Assembly (NCBI GenBank): GCA_024704765.1
Contig: JAKMXF010000133.1
Span: forward strand, 682,001 to 746,000
Length of the DNA stretch: 64,000 bases
Source of the DNA: Oopsacas minuta
Lineage: Eukaryota; Animalia; Porifera
Direction of reading: 5' to 3'
Below are positions 43,794-57,482 of the stretch, piece after piece. Below the pieces are notes generated by a model that saw nothing but the letters and a program-made list of their open reading frames with translations, had not been told where the DNA came from and made no database searches. Position numbers and translations under genes: made by a program. The stretch's first letter is position 1. Every line of letters begins with the position of its first letter.

Positions 43794-44271
43794 ATGACCA
43801 ATCTCAAGTACTTCTTGACGTTGAAGGGTATATTCCGGATAATTAATATATGCTATTTCGCCCTCTATTTCGCGATAGTTACTATAATGAGTGGAGCATT
43901 AAGTCCATACATTGGTATCGGCTTACATCAGAGTGTCATAGGTTTCGCTGATTGCTGTAGGTGAAATAGTCATGACAGTGGTTGACATTCTTAACCTTTC
44001 TTTCCTTAAACCCTACGCTATCATTATCCTAGTGGTGGAGACGATAGGTCATGGTGTAGCAGGGATGTTATTGTTTATAACTGCAATCGCTACAACTGCT
44101 TATGCAACTCTAATTGAAACTTGTGATGGCTGTGCTGCTCTAACTGGTGTTGATGCAGCTGCTGCCTTCTTTGCGTACGTTGCAGTAATACTCCTCGGGA
44201 TAACTTCAGGTGTATACATATACCTGACTATCTCAAGAGCTGTTAGAGAGAAATCAGCTGACCCTGTCTAA
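43794..44271 (+). pseudogene. MARVEL-domain gene paralog, disrupted
   Basis: Aligns to 46509..47039. The original ATG is changed to ATA (CAG ATA GCA GAA at ~43779). A 17-nt deletion near 43950 shifts frame to ...GFADCCR*, leaving the 3' half as ORF 43972..44271. Confidence 0.8.
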
Positions 44272-44965
44272 CGATAAGTTTACATAGAGTAGACATACTG
44301 GCTTATACTTGTATCTCTTTTTTTACTTAGTTAGTATTTATAGCATAAATGCATGTATTTTTGGAGTATGTAAGAACTCTATTTTATTGCAGCTCCTTTA
44401 GGGAGATGCACTAATGAAATGGACGATGTGCGACGTCAATCCATCCGTCCCTCAATCTGCGCTGCGTGCGAAATCTAACAGTCAGATTTACATAAAGTTT
44501 GGTACGTATACATATACATTTTGGGTCGGAGATTTGCATCTCGGGTATGAATTTATTTTCCACCAAAAAGGTGTGAATATTTCACACCTTTCTATGTAAA
44601 TACTAAGTATGTTAGAGATTAGGTTTCAACATGTGACTAGGGGGTAATTGGGTGCGTAGAGTCCGATTTTGAGAATTTCAGAGCTCGAAAGCAAGTAATT
44701 CGCAGATCTATCATTTGATTAATCATATTTCACTCCTCTTTGCATATTATTCAAAATCATGCAAGAAGTTCCATTTTAATAATCCATAATTGATAGTCAG
44801 ATAAGATATTCAATCGTCTAATAATGGTTATTTAACAATTGAATGAGGATATTTAATGCCTTATATTACTAAATAGGGGCCGATTAAATGATACGTAACC
44901 TTACCAAGGGATGTATGTGATGTGATGGATAGTTATGTAGTGCAGGTTTTGGCCCTGGATATATG

Positions 44966-46275
44966 CGAGGGGCACTCGAAAAGTTTTGCCGTTTGATGTG
45001 AAACCATTAATCTGTCGGATATTTTTCCGCATCCATCTTTTCAGACATATTTTATTACTCTACTTTGAAACTTTCATTCGTTTATCTCTTCTACTTTCCT
45101 AAGTTAGATAATTTTAGTATACATGGCTTCTAAAATATATCAATCTAAATCAGATCTCACAAAACGTGATTTTCGAGCAATGATTTTGATCTTATTCAAA
45201 CTACAGAAGACAAGAGTAGAAATCTATGAATCTTTACAGGAACATTTCCCGGATCTAGTTCCTTCTCTAAGTACAGTTGAACGATGGTACAGGGAATTTA
45301 TTCATGGAAACTTTGTTCTTGAAGATGCCCCTTGTTCAGGAAGGCCGAATATTTCACATAATGAAGAAAATGTTAACGAAATGCTAGATCTAATTACTAA
45401 ATATCCTCATATTACGTACGCTCAGTTAGAGTATGAAACCGAGTTATCATCGGGGACAATCAATATCATTTTGCACAAAGAGCTTTGTGTCAGGAAGTTG
45501 TGTGCCCGATGGATCCCCCATTCTTTGAACTTACAGCAAAAAATATCCCGCATAGACTTTTGCAAAATTATGCTCAAAAGTTTGCTAATGGAAGTTCAAG
45601 AACTGTATCTGAGATCCTTACAGGTGATGAGACATGGATATACCATTTTGATCCAGAAACAAATCGAATGTCAAAGGAGTGGGTTGAAGAAGATGCCCCA
45701 CCTCCAACCAAAGTGCGGAGGGCTAGATCTGTTGGGAAACAAATGTGGGCGATTTTTTTCAGATCGAGTGGGTTTGTCGAAGCTGTTGCTCTCGAGGATA
45801 GAAAGACTGTTACTGCCGACTGGTACACTACAGTGTGCCTACCCAAAGTCATCACAGCAATTGAGTCACAGCGGGAGAAGACAGGCATTAGAGGAATTCT
45901 TCTTCATCATGATAATGCATCATCGCATACGGCAATCAGAACTCGTGAGTTTTTGGACAATTCTGGACTCAAAACATTACCTCACCCACCCTACAGTCCT
46001 GATTTAGCCCCTTGCGACTTCTGGTTGTTCCCTAGACTCAAAGATCAATTACGTGGGAGGAGATTTTCGACTAATGAGGAGTTGAGAGGGGCACTTTTCC
46101 AAGCGATCGGAGACATACCCAAAGAAGAGTGGAAAAAATGTTTTGATAATTGGTTTACCAGAATGAAAAAATGTAATAGATTGTCAGGGAGAGTATTTTG
46201 AAAAAATGTAATAGTCAATTTTATTATCGCTATCTGATATGTCGGTCAATGTCAAAACCTTTCGAGTGCCCTTCG
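44966..46275 (+). mobile_element. Full-length mariner (DD34D) transposon, 1310 bp, transposase inactivated by two frameshifts
   Basis: TIRs CGAGGGGCACTCGAAAAGTTTTG / CAAAACCTTTCGAGTGCCCTTCG; flanks TG and TA; HTH N-terminus, ARWIPH, ILTGDETWIY, LHHDNASSH, HPPYSPDLAPCD (34 residues between D2 and D3); 1-nt loss at ~45576 and 1-nt gain at ~46175. Confidence 0.95.
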
Positions 46276-46508
46276 TACATAGTACATTTGATTGTACTAT
46301 TGAGCAGTTTTGGGAGGGAAAAGGAATAACTTAGGGGTACCACTGACGCCAAGTTTTAGGATACAAATTCAAACCTGGGGGTCCAGATCCCCCGGTCCAT
46401 AAACTTGGCGCCTGAGGGGACAATGCCCCCTAGATCTGCCCATGTTTACTAAGATTGTATTATTTTCAGTTTATTAGCTATTTATTATTTCACCACACAC
46501 TCACTCAG

Positions 46509-47039
46509 ATGGCAGAAGGATCCAAATTTGAATTAAGGACTTATCTAAAGTACTTCTTGACATTGAAGGGGATATTCCGGGCAATTGACTTTTGTTATTT
46601 CGGATTCTATTTTGTGATAGCTTCTATTCTAAGCGGAGCCCTAAGTCCATATGGTGCATCAACCTCCTTACATCAGAGTTCGTTAGGTTTCTCTGCATTT
46701 GTTGCTTTCTGGGTTGCTGTAGGTGAAGTAGTAATGTCATTAGTTGACATTCTTAACCTATCTTTCCTACAACCTTATGCTTTCATTATCCTATTGTCTG
46801 AGACGATAGGTCATGGTGTAGCAGGGATATTACTGTTCACCACTCTAATCGCTACAATTGCTTATGCAGCTACAACAGGAAGTTGTGGTACTGCGGCCTG
46901 TCAGGCTGTAATTGGGATTAATGGAGCTGGTGCCTTTTTCGGGTTCATTGGAGTTATACTCCTAGGGGTAACTGTGGGTGTATACATATACCTGTTGATC
47001 TCAGGAAGAGGTACCAAGAAATCAGCTGACCCTGTCTAA
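46509..47039 (+). CDS. MARVEL-domain four-transmembrane protein (CMTM/plasmolipin-like)
   Basis: YFLTLKGIFRAIDF N-terminal motif, four hydrophobic helices, C-terminal AGAFFGFIGVILLGV; ATG at 46509. Confidence 0.7.
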   Translation: MAEGSKFELRTYLKYFLTLKGIFRAIDFCYFGFYFVIASILSGALSPYGASTSLHQSSLGFSAFVAFWVAVGEVVMSLVDILNLSFLQPYAFIILLSETIGHGVAGILLFTTLIATIAYAATTGSCGTAACQAVIGINGAGAFFGFIGVILLGVTVGVYIYLLISGRGTKKSADPV

Positions 47040-47321
47040 TGTTATGTTTATATAGAAAGAAATATCATAGTTATACTTGTATCTCTATTAGTTATTGTAT
47101 TGTACTGATGCATGCCATTTGGAGCTGATATGTATTAGAGATCTCTTGCATTTGTTATTCGAATTTTCTTTTCTCATGTGTGTATAATTGTTTATATTTA
47201 TTCATATTATTGTTTATGATATTTTAGGTGTTGAAGTTAGAATATGTGTGATTAGGAATTTTGTAGTACGTATAAATTGAACGATTGTACCTAATACATG
47301 CAATTGCTACTTTGATTTAGA

Positions 47322-48824
47322 ATGGAGACTGTTATTGAAAGACAACGTAGAATGCATGAAGAACTTGAACGTATTGAACAAGCCATGACAGACGAGAGAG
47401 AGTATCTAAGCAATTGCTCTGTTCAACGTGACAGAATAAACTCAGAACATCGCAGTAAAATGCTATCAGAGAGATACTGCAATCTATCACAGAGTCTACA
47501 CAACTTCTATGAAGATAGAGATGGAATGAGAAGAGAAGAATTGATGAGACACTCTGGACATGAAGAATTCACTGAGTTTTATAGAAGATTGAAACATATT
47601 AAAGATTTCCATAAGAAGTTTCCAAATGATATAGAAGAACCTATGTCAGCTGGTTTCACACGTTTAGAAGAGGAGAGAATGGATCCGGAGCTTGTAGTAC
47701 CTATCGTCACATTCTCAGATGAAGAAGGATTCGGTCGGTATATTGACCTCCATGAATCTCACAGAAAATTCTGTAGTCTAAAGGGAATATTTCACATGGA
47801 CTATCTCACTTATCTATCAACATTTGACCGTCTAGCCGACATTAAGCGTGATCTTAAGAATTCTGATTATCTCAAGTATTTATACTCTCTGAAAGCCTCT
47901 CTCTCAGATGTACTAGATAGAATCCATCCTCTGCTAAATATTGAGAAGGAAATTATGAAAGTTCATGTTAGTTTTGAGGATAAATGGAATAAAGGACAGT
48001 TTATGGGCTGGGAGAAGGGAAACTTACCTGGCAGTGCTATGATAAAACCGATCGGGACAAACATAGATCTCTCCCACTTTTTATCACGTGAACAATTAGC
48101 TAAGCTAGGTATGGGTACTTTGAAGAGTCTCCTACAGGCTAGAGGATTGAAGTGTGGGGGAACACTTGAAGAGAGGGTCGAGAGGCTGTACAAGGTTAAA
48201 GACATGCCTCGAGACCATTGGGACTCAAGTGTACTCGCTAGGACCCTTGACTCCAAGGAATATTCCCCCCTACAGAGGGAAATAGCATCTCTAGAGGCGG
48301 AGATATACTGGTTTGGAGAGCAATTATGGGAACAGAGAGAGGCCAGCAAGGAGAATGTTGAGAGGAAACTTTCTCGTACAGTTGGAGAGCATGAAGATGA
48401 TTCGAGTGGTTCTGAGAGTAGTGCTGAGTCTGAGGATGAAGAAATGATATATAATCCTAAAGGCATACAGCTGGGCTGGGATGGAAAACCTATTCCGTAT
48501 TGGTTGTATAAGCTACATGGCCTCAACATCAGTTACAATTGTGAGATATGTGGGCAGGCAGTTTACAAGGGTCCAAAAGCTTTTCAGAGACATTTCTCTG
48601 AATACAGACACGCTTATGGTATGCGTAAGCTCGGTATTCCTAACACAGCACACTTTGCCAATGTGACACACATTGAAGATGCATTAGCTCTCTGGGAGAA
48701 AGTTAGAAACTTTGGTGAAGATACGAAGTTTGAATCTGATAGAGATATTGAGTATGAGGACTCATTGGGTAATGTTATTAATCGTAAAACTTATGACGAT
48801 CTGAGACGACAAGGTCTCTTATAG
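47322..48824 (+). CDS. SF3A3: Splicing factor 3A subunit 3 (Prp9), intronless
   Basis: METVIERQRRMHEELERIE, FSDEEGFGRYIDL, LQARGLKCGGTLEER, YNPKGIQLGWDGKPIPYWLYKLHGL, YNCEICG, YEDSLGNVINRKTYDDLRRQGLL. Confidence 0.97.
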   Translation: METVIERQRRMHEELERIEQAMTDEREYLSNCSVQRDRINSEHRSKMLSERYCNLSQSLHNFYEDRDGMRREELMRHSGHEEFTEFYRRLKHIKDFHKKFPNDIEEPMSAGFTRLEEERMDPELVVPIVTFSDEEGFGRYIDLHESHRKFCSLKGIFHMDYLTYLSTFDRLADIKRDLKNSDYLKYLYSLKASLSDVLDRIHPLLNIEKEIMKVHVSFEDKWNKGQFMGWEKGNLPGSAMIKPIGTNIDLSHFLSREQLAKLGMGTLKSLLQARGLKCGGTLEERVERLYKVKDMPRDHWDSSVLARTLDSKEYSPLQREIASLEAEIYWFGEQLWEQREASKENVERKLSRTVGEHEDDSSGSESSAESEDEEMIYNPKGIQLGWDGKPIPYWLYKLHGLNISYNCEICGQAVYKGPKAFQRHFSEYRHAYGMRKLGIPNTAHFANVTHIEDALALWEKVRNFGEDTKFESDRDIEYEDSLGNVINRKTYDDLRRQGLL

Positions 48825-49364
48825 TATTTATTCTTATCAAACTCATATTTGCTAATTCAATGATTTAGGAATTATTATTCTTTATATTATAATACACTGC
48901 TTATTCGGTTGACATGTTTATATATAGTTAGGGACGAAGCAAATGCTGCTTACATGTCTTTGGATTCAGGTCAAGGGTTAGTAGGCGGATAAACGGGACA
49001 ACACACCATTCGCGGGGCTCTCGCCCTCGGGAAGAACGAAGAAGAAATGAAATCGTATTTAAATCAGGACCGCCTAAAGATAACATAGCTCCAGGCCCAA
49101 AATTCTATAAAAGTATGCGCCGTGTAATATCCGTCATGATTATTTCACAATTTCCATCTACAGACTCAAATCGGTTGATCTGAATTCTGAAATATGAATT
49201 TATCGATTATATAATTTTACGTATTTCCATTTTTTCGGACTCTATTCAATTCCCCTATAGCATATTATATACTTATATTACGAGACGAATACTAATCATA
49301 GCAATTGGATAAAATATATTGGAATTGGAGCAAAGTTTCTTTAAAGACTTCAGAGTTTATCCGT

Positions 49365-50330
49365 ATGAAAATACTCGTGACAGGAGGAGCAGGATTTATC
49401 GGATCACATATAGTCCTTGCTTTAGTGAAACAGCCACAAAACTCTATATATAATGTTGATAAATTAAGCTATTGCTCTGATCTCAGGAACCTGAAGGAAT
49501 GCAATAATCTCCCTAACTACCAGTTCATTTATGGGAATTTGTGTGATACTACATTTGTTCTAGATCTTTTTGAGAAGTTTAAATTTGACGCTGTCATTCA
49601 TTTGGCAGCTGAGTCACATGTTTCTAATTCATTCCAAGCCCCAATTGAAGTATTTGAAAATAACGTAAAATCTACACAATCATTACTAGAAGCTTGTCGT
49701 AAAAGTCCAGTTAGAAGATTCCTATATGTAAGTACAGATGAGGTATACGGGGGTGATAATACAACACCAGTTAGTGAAGATACAATCCTCAGACCTACTA
49801 ACCCATACTCAGCCTCAAAGGCTGCCTGTGAACACATTGTAAATGCTTATAAGACAAGTTTTAAGATTCCAGTTGTAGTAGTAAGACTGAACAATGTGTA
49901 TGGACCCCATCAACATAAGGAGAAAGTTATACCCAGATTTATATCAGCATTGTTACATGGTGATAAATGCACTATTGAGGGTAGTGGTAAGCAGAAGAGG
50001 AATTTCTTATACATAGCTGATGCAGTAGATGGAGTATTGACTGTGTTTCAGAAGGGAGTTAATGGTGAGGTATATAATATAGGAACCGAGTTCAATATTA
50101 CGATAATAGATCTTGTTAAACTACTGTTAGAACAGATTCAACCGAAAGGAAGAATCGTGGATTTTATAGAATATATTAAGGACCGTCCTCACAATGACTT
50201 AGTATATCCTATTGATTCTAGTAAGTTACAAATGCTAGGCTGGAGTGTACAGGTTGGTTGGGAACAAGGGATAAAACAAAGTATTGAATGGTATCAGCAG
50301 CAGCTTGAGAAGATTAATTCAAAATTATGA
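49365..50330 (+). CDS. TGDS: dTDP-D-glucose 4,6-dehydratase (extended SDR)
   Basis: ILVTGGAGFIGS, DKLSYC, HLAAESHV, VSTDEVYG, PTNPYSASKA, NVYGPHQHKEKVIPRFI, DRPHNDLVY. Confidence 0.88.
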   Translation: MKILVTGGAGFIGSHIVLALVKQPQNSIYNVDKLSYCSDLRNLKECNNLPNYQFIYGNLCDTTFVLDLFEKFKFDAVIHLAAESHVSNSFQAPIEVFENNVKSTQSLLEACRKSPVRRFLYVSTDEVYGGDNTTPVSEDTILRPTNPYSASKAACEHIVNAYKTSFKIPVVVVRLNNVYGPHQHKEKVIPRFISALLHGDKCTIEGSGKQKRNFLYIADAVDGVLTVFQKGVNGEVYNIGTEFNITIIDLVKLLLEQIQPKGRIVDFIEYIKDRPHNDLVYPIDSSKLQMLGWSVQVGWEQGIKQSIEWYQQQLEKINSKL

Positions 50331-50454
50331 TTTGGTATGTACCTTTTTTATTTATAAACTTTCAACGCTTTTACAATTTGATGTGTCTTTTTTCACTTGG
50401 ATACACATAATTTTATCCATGTTTGCTATTTCTATGTAAAATTGTAGACTATAA

Positions 50455-50580
50455 GGCAGTTGTTCCCAACCTGTGAACCCCTATGCAAATTTACACATCC
50501 TATGGACCCTCCCATATACTACAACACGAATTTTGAGATCCTGTGGACCACTAAGGGGTCTATGGACCCAAGTTGGGTAG
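50455..50580. mobile_element. Decayed hAT-like MITE
   Basis: Starts CAGTTGTTCCCAACCT and ends GGACCCAAGTTGGG, resembling CAGTGGTTCCCAACC-type termini; the right end is degenerate. Confidence 0.35.
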
Positions 50581-50829
50581 ATGAAATCTTATTTTACTAA
50601 TTCAGTCATAAATTTACATTAATCCTTCCGAAATTATATTGCATAATAATTTTACTATTACTATTGACAATAAGGCATATGCTATCTCAAACTTTTTCCA
50701 CTCCAGAAATATTCCCGCAAGATATATTCATACTACGTAATGATTGTGTAAATATTCTAGTTTCAGGAGCAGTATAATGAATTAATAATCACTTCATATT
50801 AATACCACAAGTTACGCTATCTGACATAA

Positions 50830-53031
<2,202 letters not shown>

Positions 53032-53684
53032 ACTGGTGAGGTGATCTCTTACACATACTTTGACATAGACCTGGTTGCTAGGCATAATTATTTGACTCTC
53101 AAATACAAAATTGTGTCAAAAATTGTTAATTATTTAGTAAATCGCATTTTTCTAAGTTACCAATTGAAGTATTCAATACGTAGCTCTTTATTGAGCGCTC
53201 ATTCACTATTTCTAATAGCTATTTTAATTATTCTAGTGAAGACAGTATATTAACATCAGAATTATCGCTGAATGATTTTTGTTTTAACTGAGTCAAAATT
53301 ATCCATGCTCCATTAGATAGAATGGCATCACCCTGTGTAATTCTTAAATTATTATCGCGTGAGATATGCTCAATTCAGAGATACAGCATTTCAATGTCAA
53401 CTCTGCTCAAAGTAAGTTTATATATTTCGTCATTCTCATGAACTATTGTATCTATTACACAGAATTTCGATAGGTATATTATTTGTCAGAACAGTCCAGT
53501 CTAGACCGGTCTGAAACAACTTCCGACGGTCTGGATAGGACCATGTTCTGAATCAAACGGTTCAATTTTGTTAGTCGTAAATATCTATTATTTAATGATA
53601 ATGCTTATACGTAGTTACCAAGTTAGCTCTATATATTTTGGAAGATCACATCTCCCAAATCTCTTATTCCTAACAGAATGAAAT

Positions 53685-55037
53685 ATGACTGGTAATAATA
53701 TAATTACATTATCTCTTGTGACTGCTACTGTATCTATACTAATTTCTAGTCCTGTCCTATTATGGTTCTCTTCACTACAACCTGGTCCTTACATGGATGA
53801 GATATTCCATATCCCACAAGCACAGAACTATTGTATGTACAATTTCTCACACTGGGATATGAAGTTAACTACACCCCCAGGTCTCTATATTAGCTCACTC
53901 ATGATATACTTCCCTATTTCTTTGTTTAAATCATCTCTAATAGAGCTATGTAGCGTATTCAACCTGAGAACTACCAATATTATATTCTCCTCCCTCAACT
54001 CTGGTGTATTATTCTTACTTTTAAGAGTTATACATCCTAAATCAAGTCATCTCATATCTTCCTTATACGCCTTTACTCTGTCATTATTCCCAGTACTGTA
54101 TTTCTTTTCATTTCTATACTACACCGACCAAGGTTCTACATTCTTAGTACTATCAGCACTACTAGCTACTAAACACTCACATCATGTATTATCTGCTGTC
54201 ATATTCGCTTTATCTCTCTGCTTTAGACAAACTAATATAATTTGGTTGTGTTTCGCAGCTTCATGCACTCTACTTACGAAAGTAGAAGGTAGAATTCGCT
54301 CTGAAGCTGGGTTAGTAGAACGATTAGCTAAGGCATGTGTGTACTTGTTGCTACAACTACGGCCTTCCATACGAACTCTGCTACCCTATATGCTAGTCTG
54401 TATTGCATTCTCAATATTCATTGTATTGAATGGAGGAATTGTATTAGGTGATAAATCACAGCATCAAATAACACTACACTTCAGTCAAGTTTCTTATTAT
54501 ATTCTCTTAACAGCCGTATTCACCTGGTCACACATGATCATGCTATTGAAACGTATCATTTCTAATGTGAAATTGGTGGTAATTTGTTTCATTCTACTGA
54601 CATTGCTATTTATACTTTTCGCTCGCTTTTCAACAGTCACACATCCTTATCTTCTAGCAGATAATAGACATTTTACTTTCTTTTTCTGGAGAAAAATAAT
54701 AAATTATTCAGAGTATACCCGCTACTATCTTTCTCTCCCTTACGCTATTACTGCAATCCTTATTACTTCATTGCTTGTTACTGGTTCATCTGAGCTATTA
54801 GCTTTAATATATTGGGTTTGTGTGGTGCTAGTGCTATGTCTACAACCACTCATAGAATTTAGATACTACATAATGCCTTATCTATTATTCAGAATACATA
54901 GCACACAGCCTTCTATAGTGACTTTAATATTAGATCTATTAACTTACTCTGCTTTTAATGTAGCTACTTTCTATTTGTTTGCTTATAAGCCTTTCTTTTG
55001 GGAAGGTTCTATTGATGTTCAGAGGTTCATGTGGTAA
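53685..55037 (+). CDS. ALG10: Alpha-1,2-glucosyltransferase ALG10 (Die2)
   Basis: PYMDEIFHIPQAQNYC, WDMKLTTPPGLY, FSFLYYTDQGS, FRQTNIIW, NGGIVLGDKSQH, HPYLLADNRHFTF, EFRYY, VQRFMW. Confidence 0.95.
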   Translation: MTGNNIITLSLVTATVSILISSPVLLWFSSLQPGPYMDEIFHIPQAQNYCMYNFSHWDMKLTTPPGLYISSLMIYFPISLFKSSLIELCSVFNLRTTNIIFSSLNSGVLFLLLRVIHPKSSHLISSLYAFTLSLFPVLYFFSFLYYTDQGSTFLVLSALLATKHSHHVLSAVIFALSLCFRQTNIIWLCFAASCTLLTKVEGRIRSEAGLVERLAKACVYLLLQLRPSIRTLLPYMLVCIAFSIFIVLNGGIVLGDKSQHQITLHFSQVSYYILLTAVFTWSHMIMLLKRIISNVKLVVICFILLTLLFILFARFSTVTHPYLLADNRHFTFFFWRKIINYSEYTRYYLSLPYAITAILITSLLVTGSSELLALIYWVCVVLVLCLQPLIEFRYYIMPYLLFRIHSTQPSIVTLILDLLTYSAFNVATFYLFAYKPFFWEGSIDVQRFMW

Positions 55038-55317
55038 TAATCATGCGTGTATTTATAGCTGAGATAATAATGGAAATTATGTGAGTCTTACTTTCCTTCA
55101 TTTATGTAAGCACATTTGTAAATGTTTATTAGATAGGACCATTCTAAGGTTATAGCATCTTATTATCTATTTTCAAGTTACGTACGTTTGAACGGTCTCT
55201 AATTAATCATTTTTTCACACCTTTGCGCTTTTTATTCAAAATTATCCTAGCATAGCTGTTTCATATAATATTATTCAAAGATGTTCAAATCAATATCTAC
55301 CAAATTTCAATACTTTA

Positions 55318-56851
55318 CTAGTTCTCCGCCTGTACCCCCTAGACATTCCTCTGCATTTACTCGTAATTTATCAATTTGTAAATAATCGATTAAAGTACGT
55401 ATCATCAATATTACAATTATCTATTATTATACTTTTAGTATGCGTAACAGTCTAGAAAACGATAATAATAATAATAATAATAATACAAGCAGATTGTGGC
55501 TTATGCATGCCGGAAATAAATATCTAAAAACGTAGAATTTGTCCTGTTGTACACAGACCAGATTCTCATCTATGACAAGAACAGTGACAATAGCATAAAT
55601 ATAGCAAATACTGATAGAACATGCCACATGTCATGATCATAGAAGTTAATGCAATCTTTATTCAGCTCTCTTGCGATTGCAGGACTCTCCTCCCAGTTAA
55701 TAGATGTTTGTCTATAGAAGTACAGTGCGAAACTCCCCAGTACAAACGTCAATATCATTAATAAAATTCGCAACAAACACATATGGACGAAGAAGAAATT
55801 CCTTCTTTACAAACTTCTGTATCCAATAATACAGAGTGTAAAAGAACAGATTGAAGAGGAAAAGAGGTAAAATTGCATAGGAAATATATGTAACAAATCG
55901 TGAATCTAGAGGACCGTTACCACAATGATTGATGAACCGATAACTATTAAGCACAAGAATATTCTGGACTTGTTATACTGAGGCCAAAATAATTGTCTCA
56001 AAACTCTCAAAATACTCCTGTGACTTACAAAATCTTGGTAGTAATAGTTAAGCAAATTTTTGACGAACAAAGTATAGACCAAATGGATCACAACCAATGC
56101 ATATACGATCAGTGCCAAGGTTAGTACTATCCTCCCAGAAAAGTTGCTGTGACTCTCTTTGAATAGTGATACACTAGTGATTAATACAACTATTGAAAGC
56201 AAAACGAACACAAAATAAGGGTGTATTGTAGCATCAGGGTTTCTATTCTTGTATAATCTTATGAATAACAAAGTAGCAATGATATACATGAATGTAGTGT
56301 CGAACTGGAAATTAATTAATGAAGGACAGAGATGGTAGATGCAACTCATAATGCCTTCAATGAATAGCGCAATAGCTAAACCATAATACAATCCAAATAC
56401 CTCGGATTCAGCATACTGTGTTATCCCTGTGTAGCCGTTTAGAGCAAGCCTATTCATAAAACCATAATATATTTGCATATCAACGGACAAACAAACAAAC
56501 AACAATTGAGATTTAATAATATAGACGTTGTTTACAATACCATATTCGGACTCAGCATACTCGATTACCCCAGTATAGTCGTTGAAATTATGATCCTACC
56601 TCACTTTTGATATTTGTTTGCTTTATATTAATAAAAACACTACAATAAATTTACATATGATTAATCCAAAAGTGTGAAAATCGGATTCAGCATGTTCGAT
56701 ATATTTAGTGAAGTTTTATTGAATTTTATTTACATCCTTGATAAACACGATAAGTACATAGTTAGACGACAATTTCAAAATTGCATACCATAAACCCTTT
56801 CCTTGACAACGGACAATAATACAAACAACAATTGAGCTTTAATAATATGGA
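55318..56851 (-). mobile_element. Putative non-autonomous Helitron-like element (~1.5 kb) carrying a SIDT gene fragment
   Basis: Minus strand starts A|TCCATATTATTAAAG (56851), has a second 5'-end copy at 56525, and ends GGGGTACAGGCGGAGAACTAG|T (55318); no clear subterminal hairpin is seen. Confidence 0.45.
55524..56402 (-). pseudogene. Inverted 3' fragment of the SIDT gene, frameshifted
   Basis: VFGLYYGLAIALFIEGIMSCIYHLCP...IFLCLIV, then two frame changes to FYTLYYWIQKFVKKEF and DHDMWHVLS; homologous to 59044..59936. Confidence 0.9.
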
Positions 56852-57273
56852 TATATTAATAAAATACACACAATGAATACGTAAACTGATAATACTTTTG
56901 GAGGGCATTCCAATGTCTAATGCAATATTGGAAAGGGTGCACGAACTGACAAGCTATAGCTCTGAATCTCCGACTTCTTCTTGTTCACTGTGATCTTCTT
57001 TTGGGATTGCAATCAAGTTATTCACTACATTATCACAAAGAAGTAATTAAGTATATCTACATTCTATGATTTTCACATTCAATTACTAATTGGCTAACAG
57101 TTTAAAATGACAGCTATAGATAATCTAGCGAGCTTAGCCAATGTGGAATAATTTTCAAATAATTTTCAAGCGTCATGGATTGTTTACCTAGCTAAAATTT
57201 ACATTTTAAAACAATAAACGAGGAAGAACTACAACTTGAACATATATTATATAATTCAGATTCCTTATATATA

Positions 57274-57420
57274 GCTCAACTATAGTATAGTACAGTTTTT
57301 TTGAAGTACAAAACCCCCATACCCTCATTCCAAAAGATGACTTTCATTAGGCCTAACAAATGACCTTTCCTCGAACATAGAAAGCTAATACACGAAAACT
57401 GTACTATAGTATAGTTGAGC
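57274..57420. mobile_element. Palindromic MITE, 147 bp, in a (TA)n context
   Basis: GCTCAACTATAGTATAGTACAGTTTT ... AAAACTGTACTATAGTATAGTTGAGC terminal inverted repeats flanked by TA. Confidence 0.7.
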
Positions 57421-57482
57421 TATATATATATATGCACAAGTTATTTGATAATATTATATAATTATTAATAGTGATTGGCTAC

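Noticed and set aside
45570-45585. Programmed ribosomal frameshift in the mariner transposase
   Set aside because: Mariner transposases are single ORFs, there is no canonical slippery heptamer, and a second frameshift near the C-terminus points to decay or sequencing error.
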